A DNA stretch of 64,000 nt from contig CAZQLY010000002.1 in NCBI GenBank assembly GCA_964594455.1, positions 3,819 to 67,818 on the forward strand, read 5' to 3'. The stretch is from an uncultured Gammaproteobacteria bacterium. GTDB taxonomy: Bacteria; Patescibacteriota; Patescibacteriia; JAHIZJ01. Made by a program: the position numbers and the translations under genes. Below are positions 56,928-64,000 of this stretch, piece by piece (position 1 is the stretch's first letter; every line of letters begins with the position of its first letter). The notes beneath the pieces were generated by a model. The model searched no databases. It was not told where the DNA came from and saw only the letters and a list, made by a program, of their open reading frames with translations.

Positions 56928-57335
56928 ATGATCTACAATAAAAAATTCATCGGACAAAAAGGAGAAGAACTCGCTTGTGAATACTTGTTACACAATGGCT
57001 ACGTAGTATTAGACAAAAATGTCCGGATCGGAAGAGGTGAAATTGATGTTGTTTGCATTAAAGATTCGCTAACTATCTTTGTAGAGGTTAAGGCCAGGAC
57101 TAGCCGGAAATATGGTATCCCTGAAGAAGCAATCACTTATAGAAAAGCGCTAAAATTAGCAGAATTAGCTAATAAATATTTACAAATACATCAATTAAGT
57201 AATATCCGCTATAGGATTGATGTAGTGGTAGTTGAAATGAAAAACACTTATCAAAAAGCGAATATCCGACACATCAAAAATGCGATAGAAGATTGTGAAA
57301 ATGACGAACTTGACTACGGTAAAGGTACTATGTAA
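56928..57335 (+). CDS. yraN: YraN-family (UPF0102) endonuclease-like protein
   Basis: GEELACEYL...GEIDVV...VEVKAR motif set of UPF0102. Confidence 0.75.
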   Translation: MIYNKKFIGQKGEELACEYLLHNGYVVLDKNVRIGRGEIDVVCIKDSLTIFVEVKARTSRKYGIPEEAITYRKALKLAELANKYLQIHQLSNIRYRIDVVVVEMKNTYQKANIRHIKNAIEDCENDELDYGKGTM

Positions 57336-57380
57336 GATAGAGGACTGAAACAATTTGAAATAATTAATTTATCAACAAGA

Positions 57381-58517
57381 ATGTATCAAGTGAATTTTTT
57401 GGAAGGTATTGCTCCACACTCGCACAAGCGAACAAAGACTCTGTTCGTTTTTTTGTTAATTTTTTCTTTGACTTTGGCCCCATTCGTCGAAGTCACGGCT
57501 GATGCTAGCGCGGAGTATCCTTATCCGGCACCAACTTTGTTATCTCCAGAAAACGGTAACTCAACTGACCAGACAAAGCCGATCATAGCTGGTCTTAGCC
57601 CCAACGATTCTTTGATAAAAATATTTATCGATGGTCAGCTCAACGGGCAGTTTCAAGTGATCAATCACGAATCCGGCACAGCCAACTTTGCTTATGAGCC
57701 GTTTCTAAATCTGAAACCAGGTTGGCATAAGGTAACGGCTTCCGCTACTGGGCCAAAGGGCAAAGAAAGTCAGATGTCAGGGGCAGTTAACTTTTTTGTA
57801 GAGTATCCGATGCCGGCTCCAACCATGCTGCAGCCAGTCGTCGACGATCAAACAACGTCGAGTCGACCTTGGTTTGTGGGCCTGACTGTTAATAACGCTT
57901 TGATAAAAATTTATATCGATGGCCAATGGAGTGGGCAGCTGACAGCCAAAGAACATATTTCCGGCGTCACCAGCTTTGCTTATTCAACGCTGTTTGATAT
58001 CACTGCTGGGCGTCATACCGTTTATGCTGTTGCTATCGATAAAAATGGAAAAGAAAGTAAGGCATCAAATATTGTTGAGTTCCATATTGAAAAGTCTTCC
58101 ACGACCGATAGTTCCGACGAAGACGGCACTGCGGAAGTGAAAGGTGAGGAAACAACCAATGGAGAAGAAACAGTTATGGAAGAGACAACCGAAGAAGAAG
58201 ACGGTGCAATGATGACTGAGAGTGGTAACGAAGAGGAAGAAATATGTGATGACGAAGATTGCGCCACAGACGAGGAGGAGGCTGACACAACCACAGAAGA
58301 AAACAGCAACTGGCCATTAATAGTAGGCCTAATGGTGCTATTCGTTGTTCTGATAATTTTCATAGACAATCTAGTTCGAAAGTCTCGCTCAGATAAATCT
58401 GATTCGGTGAAAGATAACTCGAACAAAAAAGGCTCATCCGGCGGATCATCCAAGCCTGAAGACAACAAACCCACTCCGGATGAGCTATTCCCCCCACCCC
58501 CACCAGATTTGAAATAG
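57381..58517 (+). CDS. secreted, C-terminally TM-anchored protein with two Ig-like modules and an acidic stalk
   Basis: signal peptide; two modules LIKIFIDGQLNGQ... and LIKIYIDGQWSGQ... homologous to modules in the 1132-aa protein; E/D/T-rich stalk; TM (WPLIVGLMVLFVVLIIF); PPPPPDLK tail. Confidence 0.6.
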   Translation: MYQVNFLEGIAPHSHKRTKTLFVFLLIFSLTLAPFVEVTADASAEYPYPAPTLLSPENGNSTDQTKPIIAGLSPNDSLIKIFIDGQLNGQFQVINHESGTANFAYEPFLNLKPGWHKVTASATGPKGKESQMSGAVNFFVEYPMPAPTMLQPVVDDQTTSSRPWFVGLTVNNALIKIYIDGQWSGQLTAKEHISGVTSFAYSTLFDITAGRHTVYAVAIDKNGKESKASNIVEFHIEKSSTTDSSDEDGTAEVKGEETTNGEETVMEETTEEEDGAMMTESGNEEEEICDDEDCATDEEEADTTTEENSNWPLIVGLMVLFVVLIIFIDNLVRKSRSDKSDSVKDNSNKKGSSGGSSKPEDNKPTPDELFPPPPPDLK

Positions 58518-58526
58518 TTTTTGTTC

Positions 58527-58560
58527 AAAATGGACTGTTGACTAGCAGTCCATTTTGTAT
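58527..58560 (+). terminator. rho-independent terminator
   Basis: aaaatggactg-N9-cagtccatttt 11-bp stem followed by a T-run. Confidence 0.7.
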
Positions 58561-58662
58561 TTAGATAGATGAGTGTTAATAAGGCAGCAGTTCTTTGTTA
58601 GTCCTTTCAATAAAATCCGATGAAGGGAATCACGGTGCTCCTCTCAAAGAAGGGGGTTGATC

Positions 58663-59217
58663 ATGAAGTATTTCTGGGGTGCGGTTTCAGGAGCCGCAGT
58701 CGTTCTCGTGGGCTGGGCGGTTTGGATTCTAGCCACAATCAATTTTCGTCCATCTTTCCCGGTCTGGCCGTTGGGCCACCTGTCCTCCATGCCGGTTCTA
58801 TTACTTGGGTTGACCGACATCATCTTTGCCGTGGTCATGGGCGTAGTTATCAGCCGGTTCATGACATTCAAGTCCATCAATCCGGAGCGGTTTGTGCTTT
58901 TGACGATCTTTGTCGCCGGAGTGATCGGTTTCGCAACGGTTTACAACCACGGTTTGGCGTTTATTCCGCTTATTGTCTGGATCCTCCTGACCGCGTTGTT
59001 CATCTGTCTCTGGATCAAGGACCTTTTCTGTGACAATGAGGAGAACTACGTTTCCGCCCTGATCATCGGTCCGGGCGTAGGCGTTGGCGTGACATCAGGA
59101 GCTCTGGTCGGGGTGATTGTTTCTTTCGGATGCCTGGTTTTGATCACCCTCATCATGTTAGCTATATGCATGATTGGTCTCACCGGATACGATCCCGAGC
59201 CGGATCCATATGCCTAA
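58663..59217 (+). CDS. hypothetical polytopic membrane protein (GC-rich)
   Basis: five or six TM segments; ribosome-binding GGGGG; about 55% GC; no known domain. Confidence 0.5.
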   Translation: MKYFWGAVSGAAVVLVGWAVWILATINFRPSFPVWPLGHLSSMPVLLLGLTDIIFAVVMGVVISRFMTFKSINPERFVLLTIFVAGVIGFATVYNHGLAFIPLIVWILLTALFICLWIKDLFCDNEENYVSALIIGPGVGVGVTSGALVGVIVSFGCLVLITLIMLAICMIGLTGYDPEPDPYA

Positions 59218-59354
59218 AGAAGCTTAACTCAAGCTTCTTTTTTATTTACTTGCCAAAGTAGGAATAGTAGTATATAATGGTTTCGGACTAGTTCTTTACT
59301 GACTGGTCCGTTTTCGTACCAAGATATTTATAAAATAGTGAAAGGATAACAAGT

Positions 59355-60782
59355 ATGAGTTCACCGATTTCCCAAGCCATCAAACAAATCTGTGATGAAA
59401 AAAACATTTCAGTTGAGTCGGTAATTGAGACAATTGAGGCAGCTTTGGCTGTAGCCTATCGCAAGGATTTTGGGGAGAAGGACCAAAACATCAAAGTGGA
59501 ATTTAATCCTGACACGGCTCAGAGCCGAGTTTTTGACGTAAAAACAGTAATAGATATAACACCAGAACAAATAGCTGAAGAAGAAAAGATTCGTGAAGAG
59601 CGTCGACAAGCAAAGATTGAAGCCGCTGAAGAAGAAAAAAAAGAGAGTAAAAAGGGTAAGGTTAAAAAGGAAGAGAAAAAAAACAAAGAAGAAAAGGAAG
59701 ACGACAAAGAGCCTGAAGAAGATAAACTGGTTTACGATCCAAAGACGATGATTGCTTTGAGTGAAGCCAAGAAGAAAGATTCTAAGATTAAAGTAGGCGA
59801 TGAAATAAAGACTGAACTTTTCCCACCTGAAGCTTATGGTCGGATGGCAGCCCAAACGGCCAAACAAGTTATTATCCAAAGACTCAGAGAAGCCGAACGA
59901 GAAACAGTGTTCAAGAAATACAAGGATAAAGAAGGTTCCATCATCAACGGAACAATTCAACGAGTGGAAGGCCGACTGGTCTTTGTTGACCTGGGCGACG
60001 CCTCGGCAATTATGCCTCCGTCCGAACAGGTTGATGCCGAACAGTATCAGGCTGGCTTGCGTTTGAAATTTTATTTAGTAAGTATTAACCAGGCACCCAA
60101 GGGTCCGGAAATTACAGTTTCGCGTTCACATCCGGAAATGGTGAAACGATTGTTTGAGTTTGAAGTACCTGAGATTGCTTCTGGGGCCGTGGAAGTTAAG
60201 TCAGTATCACGTGAGGCTGGCTCTCGAACCAAAATAGCTGTTACTTCAACTGAGCCAAATATTGATCCGGTCGGATCATGTGTTGGTCAACGTGGCACCA
60301 GGGTGCAAACGGTAATCTCAGAATTAGGCGGAGAAAAGATTGATATTGTAGAATATGAAGATGATCCAGTTAAGTTTATTATTAACGCTTTGGCTCCAGC
60401 TAAAATACTAAGTGTGAAGATTAACGATGAAGAAAAAACTGCTTTGGCTGAGGTCAAAGAAGATCAGCTGTCTTTGGCTATTGGCCGGGGTGGACAAAAT
60501 GTCCGCTTGGCAGCCAGACTGACTGGTTGGAAAATAGATATTTTAAAAGAAGGAGAACAAGCTCCCATAGCTCCAGGAGAGTCAAAAGATAAATCTAAAA
60601 ATGAAGATGCTGATAAGAAAGAAAAGAAATCCACTGCCAAAAAGCCAGAAGTCGAAGAGGCAAAGACTGACAAAGCTGAAAAGGTAGAAGAAAACCCGGA
60701 GGCTAAGGATAAGGAAGAAACAAAAGAGAAATCAGAAAAAGATACCAAGAAACCTTCCGCGAAGGAAGCAGATAATAAATAA
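59355..60782 (+). CDS. nusA: transcription termination/antitermination factor NusA with K/E-rich insertion and tail
   Basis: NusA N-terminal domain, S1, KH1, KH2 ([20 protein letters not shown]); roughly 60-aa K/E low-complexity insert and roughly 80-aa K/E/D C-terminal tail. Confidence 0.85.
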   Translation: MSSPISQAIKQICDEKNISVESVIETIEAALAVAYRKDFGEKDQNIKVEFNPDTAQSRVFDVKTVIDITPEQIAEEEKIREERRQAKIEAAEEEKKESKKGKVKKEEKKNKEEKEDDKEPEEDKLVYDPKTMIALSEAKKKDSKIKVGDEIKTELFPPEAYGRMAAQTAKQVIIQRLREAERETVFKKYKDKEGSIINGTIQRVEGRLVFVDLGDASAIMPPSEQVDAEQYQAGLRLKFYLVSINQAPKGPEITVSRSHPEMVKRLFEFEVPEIASGAVEVKSVSREAGSRTKIAVTSTEPNIDPVGSCVGQRGTRVQTVISELGGEKIDIVEYEDDPVKFIINALAPAKILSVKINDEEKTALAEVKEDQLSLAIGRGGQNVRLAARLTGWKIDILKEGEQAPIAPGESKDKSKNEDADKKEKKSTAKKPEVEEAKTDKAEKVEENPEAKDKEETKEKSEKDTKKPSAKEADNK

Positions 60783-60802
60783 TTAACTTTTTAGAATCAA
60801 TT

Positions 60803-62797
60803 ATGTCGAATGCACTCCTTTTTTCCTTGATTGCCAGCGTAGCAGCTATTGTTTATGGCATCATTTTAATTCGTTTGGTTTTAAGAGTGCCCAAGGGCAA
60901 CGAGCGTATGCAAAAAATCGCTCAGGCCATCCAAAGTGGCGCTCAAGCATATCTCAACCGTCAGACAAAAACTGTGGCTATTATCGCAGTAATACTTTTT
61001 GCACTTCTTTGGATTTTCTTGGATATAAAAACTGCTGTTGGTTTCTTGATCGGTGCAGTTTTCTCAGCCGCTGCAGGTTATATCGGGATGCATATTTCGG
61101 TTCGGGCCAATGTTCGTACAGCCGAACAAGCTCAAAAAGGTTTGAAAGAAGCTTTAACAGTTGCTTTCCGCGGAGGCTCAGTAACAGGTTTACTGGTTGT
61201 TGGTTTAGCCCTCTTGGGAGTAGCTGGCTACTATGCCCTTACAAGTGATCTGAAGGCTCTGATTGGATTGGGGTTTGGCGGAAGTTTAATCTCAGTCTTT
61301 GCTCGACTCGGTGGTGGTATTTATACTAAGGCCGCTGACGTAGGAGCAGACTTAGTTGGAAAGATTGAAGCTGGTATACCCGAAGACGATCCGCGCAATC
61401 CAGCCGTAGTGGCCGATAATGTCGGTGATAATGTTGGAGATTGTGCCGGTATGGCCGCTGACCTGTTTGAAACCTATGCCGTAACTGCTGTCGCGGCTAT
61501 GCTTTTAAGTTCACTTCTTTTTGCTGGTTTTGAAAACGGCATCCTCTACCCTTTAGTAATTGGTGGAGTTTCCATAATTGCTTCGATCATTGGAACTCTG
61601 TTTGTAAGACTAGGAAAGAGTGGCAACATCATGGGAGCTCTCTACAAAGGATTAATAGTCAGCGGTGTTTTAGCGGCTATTGCCTTTTATCCTATAACTC
61701 AATGGCTAATGGGTGATCTAGGTGAATACAGTGTCTGGCAATTGTACGCCGCCGCTTTGGTTGGTTTGGTGGTGACTGCCGCTATTGTGATGATCACTGA
61801 ATATTACACCTCGCACAAATATCCTCCGGTCAAAAGTATAGCCAAGGCTTCAGAAACTGGCCATGCCACCAATATTATCAGCGGCCTGTCCACTTCACTG
61901 AAATCAACTGCCTGGCCTGTACTAGTAATCGTGGCTGGAATTTTGGTAGCTCACGGTTTTGCTGGCTTGTATGGCATAGCTTTGGCAGTAGTTTCGATGC
62001 TTTCACTGACTGGAATTATCGTAGCCGTAGATTCCTATGGCCCGATTACTGACAATGCTGGCGGAATCGCTGAAATGTCTGGGTTGCCCGAGTCAGTTAG
62101 AGAAAATACCGACAAGTTGGATGCGGTTGGTAATACCACCAAAGCAGTAACCAAGGGTTATGCCATTGGCTCAGCCGGACTCGCAGCCCTGGTGTTGTTT
62201 GCTTCATACATTCAAGAATTGGAAATATCTGAAAAAACTTTCAGTTTTGCATTATCTGACCCTAAAGTAATAGTTGGATTATTTATTGGTGGGCTACTGC
62301 CATATTTCTTCGCTGCACTGTCCATGGAAGCCGTAGGCAAAACTGCTGGCGCAGTGGTTAGTGAGGTACGCAGACAGTTCAAAGAAATAAAAGGAATAAT
62401 GGAAGGAACAGCCGAACCTGATTATAGTAGAGCAGTAGATATTGTGACCAAATCTGCTATTAAGCAAATGATTGTTCCTGCCCTGATTCCTGTGGCTGTT
62501 CCGATCGTTGTGGGGTTCTTACTCGGGCCTGTGGCTCTGGGTGGGGTTTTGGTTGGTAGTATCGTGACAGGCATCTTTGTCGCTATCTCTATGACCACCG
62601 GTGGAGCAGCTTGGGATAATGCCAAAAAGTATATAGAGGATGGGCACCACGGTGGTAAAGGTTCATTGGCTCACGAGGCGGCTATAACTGGAGACACGGT
62701 TGGCGATCCATATAAAGACACGGCTGGTCCAGCTATAAATCCAATGATAAAGATTCTGAATATTGTTGCTCTTTTGATTGTAGCTCTGATTGTATAA
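60803..62797 (+). CDS. hppA: membrane-bound proton- or sodium-translocating pyrophosphatase
   Basis: [26 protein letters not shown], 15-16 TM segments. Confidence 0.9.
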   Translation: MSNALLFSLIASVAAIVYGIILIRLVLRVPKGNERMQKIAQAIQSGAQAYLNRQTKTVAIIAVILFALLWIFLDIKTAVGFLIGAVFSAAAGYIGMHISVRANVRTAEQAQKGLKEALTVAFRGGSVTGLLVVGLALLGVAGYYALTSDLKALIGLGFGGSLISVFARLGGGIYTKAADVGADLVGKIEAGIPEDDPRNPAVVADNVGDNVGDCAGMAADLFETYAVTAVAAMLLSSLLFAGFENGILYPLVIGGVSIIASIIGTLFVRLGKSGNIMGALYKGLIVSGVLAAIAFYPITQWLMGDLGEYSVWQLYAAALVGLVVTAAIVMITEYYTSHKYPPVKSIAKASETGHATNIISGLSTSLKSTAWPVLVIVAGILVAHGFAGLYGIALAVVSMLSLTGIIVAVDSYGPITDNAGGIAEMSGLPESVRENTDKLDAVGNTTKAVTKGYAIGSAGLAALVLFASYIQELEISEKTFSFALSDPKVIVGLFIGGLLPYFFAALSMEAVGKTAGAVVSEVRRQFKEIKGIMEGTAEPDYSRAVDIVTKSAIKQMIVPALIPVAVPIVVGFLLGPVALGGVLVGSIVTGIFVAISMTTGGAAWDNAKKYIEDGHHGGKGSLAHEAAITGDTVGDPYKDTAGPAINPMIKILNIVALLIVALIV

Positions 62798-62802
62798 GAG
62801 CG

Positions 62803-63393
62803 ATGGCCTACGGATTGCTCAGGTATACTTTATTACCTTTCTTTCGTTGGCGGGTTTCAAAAGTTAAAGGAGCGAAAAAACTACCTGCCGATAAGGGCTG
62901 TATTATAGTGGCTAATCATCGAAGCTGGATCGATGCTGCTGTGATTGTCAGTACTTTGTACCAGCTGATTGGGTGCAAGATATATTTCATTGCTTCGACG
63001 GGAAAATATAAAAGCGTCGGCGGCTTACCCATAGACGCTAAAGACAAAGACAGTGTCCTAGAAGTCGCTTTGGGTCTATTGAATAACGGTGAGGTAGTTG
63101 GTGTTTTTCCCAGCGGTCAGGCCAGTGATAATGGCGTGGAAGAAGGCAAAACCGGTGCTGCTCGTCTCGCTCTTTGGTCTGGTGTTCCTGTTGTGCCGAT
63201 TGGGATATTGGGCACCAGCGGAAAAACACCCGGATCGGCTGTAGCAAATTACATAAAAAGCAAGGTAGAAGTAGTAATTGGTCGACCGTTTCACTTTCCG
63301 ATCACTGAACGGTTGGAAATAGACAAGAAATTGTTAGACAGGACCACGGTTACAATAATGGATTCTATAAACAATTTAGTAACAAAAGGATAA
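62803..63393 (+). CDS. plsC: 1-acyl-sn-glycerol-3-phosphate acyltransferase (PlsC-like)
   Basis: NHRSWID (HX4D) motif, FPSG. Confidence 0.75.
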   Translation: MAYGLLRYTLLPFFRWRVSKVKGAKKLPADKGCIIVANHRSWIDAAVIVSTLYQLIGCKIYFIASTGKYKSVGGLPIDAKDKDSVLEVALGLLNNGEVVGVFPSGQASDNGVEEGKTGAARLALWSGVPVVPIGILGTSGKTPGSAVANYIKSKVEVVIGRPFHFPITERLEIDKKLLDRTTVTIMDSINNLVTKG

Positions 63394-63396
63394 TAA

Positions 63397-64000
63397 ATGG
63401 CCTACCCTGTTTTGCGACAAACGATATTGGCTTTGCTACGCCGTCGTCTTGAAGTAACCGGAATAGAAAATTTACCCAGACCACCCTATATCTTGGCCGC
63501 CAACCACAATAGTTATTTAGATGCTTTTATCCTCGGTTTGGTTTTAACGGTCGATCAGAATGAGCGGGCACACTATTTGACCAAGCACCGGGTATATAAA
63601 CACTACGGTCGGTTTCTAGGCAAGACCTGTCTGGGTATGATTGATATTCCTGATGATAATAAAGTAACCGCTCTAGAAATTTCCAAACAAAAAATCAACA
63701 TTGGTAAAAGTATAGTAGTTTTTCCTGAAGGTACCAGAAACTACGATAAGAACCAGCTTTTAAAAGGCAAAACTGGTGCAGTACGCTTAGCTCTAGCCAC
63801 TAATCGTCCAATTATTCCAGTAGGAGTGGTGGCTCCAGCCGGAAGGACTACCACAGATGCTATTAATTACTTCTTTTCTCCAAAAGTAACTTTGGGTGTG
63901 AAATTTGGACCACCGATAAACTTTAAATCCGCCAACCAGGATCCGACCAAAGAGGAATTGGAAGAGATGACTCGGGAATTAATGAAAGCGATAGGTCTCC
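63397..64000 (+). CDS. second PlsC-like acyltransferase (3' partial; runs off the window)
   Basis: NHNSYLD (HX4D) motif, FPEGT. Confidence 0.7.
   Translation, partial: MAYPVLRQTILALLRRRLEVTGIENLPRPPYILAANHNSYLDAFILGLVLTVDQNERAHYLTKHRVYKHYGRFLGKTCLGMIDIPDDNKVTALEISKQKINIGKSIVVFPEGTRNYDKNQLLKGKTGAVRLALATNRPIIPVGVVAPAGRTTTDAINYFFSPKVTLGVKFGPPINFKSANQDPTKEELEEMTRELMKAIGL

Noticed and set aside
59409-60748. Long - strand ORFs (183 aa, 94 aa) inside nusA
   Set aside because: They arise from the low-complexity K/E-coding repeat (antisense F/L/S-rich frames). NusA motifs on the + strand are unambiguous.
1-64000. CRISPR arrays, rRNA genes, transposase or integrase genes
   Set aside because: No regularly spaced direct repeats, no rRNA-like conserved blocks, and no DDE-transposase or tyrosine/serine-recombinase-like ORFs were found. 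The mobile-element-like signals are limited to tRNA-adjacent repeats, GC-rich hairpins and the GIY-YIG ORF.

Overview
This window looks like a contiguous piece of chromosome from a small, low-GC (about 40%) bacterium. The reduced-genome style, the giant repeat-rich surface proteins, the orphan type IV pilus ATPases and the sparse metabolism suggest a Patescibacteria/CPR-like episymbiont; that lineage call is inference from gene content only.

The left end holds the replication-origin neighbourhood. The genes there are tyrS, a class A PBP, dciA-like, dnaN and dnaA, diverging from rpmH-rnpA-yidD-yidC. Housekeeping genes follow: tsaE, pilB, valS, tsaD, a MacB-like ABC pair, pilT, hup, ymdB-rny, clpP, nrnA, rbfA, infB, bactofilin, trxA, an aminotransferase, gdhA, fbp, rnhB, yraN, nusA, an H+-pyrophosphatase and two plsC-like acyltransferases.

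Six tRNA genes are present: Glu-TTC, Lys-CTT, Arg-TCG, Arg-CCT, Ala-CGC and Ala-GGC.

The points worth a second look are these:
- Two giant secreted or anchored proteins (1132 aa with FN3 repeats and a C-terminal LysM; 2835 aa with Kelch-like beta-propellers and FN3 repeats). The larger sits directly upstream of, and co-oriented with, the ABC ATPase and FtsX-like permease.
- Most of the tRNA genes have diverged partial copies of their own 5' or 3' portions next to them, interrupted by GC-rich hairpins. One such region also carries a GIY-YIG nuclease gene that overlaps tRNA-Arg.
- A perfect 16-bp palindrome, TGTTCCACGTGGAACA, occurs three times in promoter regions between 46.8 and 48.6 kb.
- A TrmB-like regulator carries two TGTCA-N7-TGACA inverted repeats in its divergent promoter region, next to a novel fusion protein with a PEP-utilising mobile domain.
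- Several GC-rich insertions (52-58% GC against the ~40% background) look foreign. These are a small two-gene island at 16.6-17.4 kb, the region between tRNA-Lys and tRNA-Arg containing a frameshifted glycerophosphodiester phosphodiesterase, an M29 aminopeptidase island bracketed by terminators, acpP, fbp and a membrane protein.

I found no CRISPR array, rRNA, transposase or integrase in this window.
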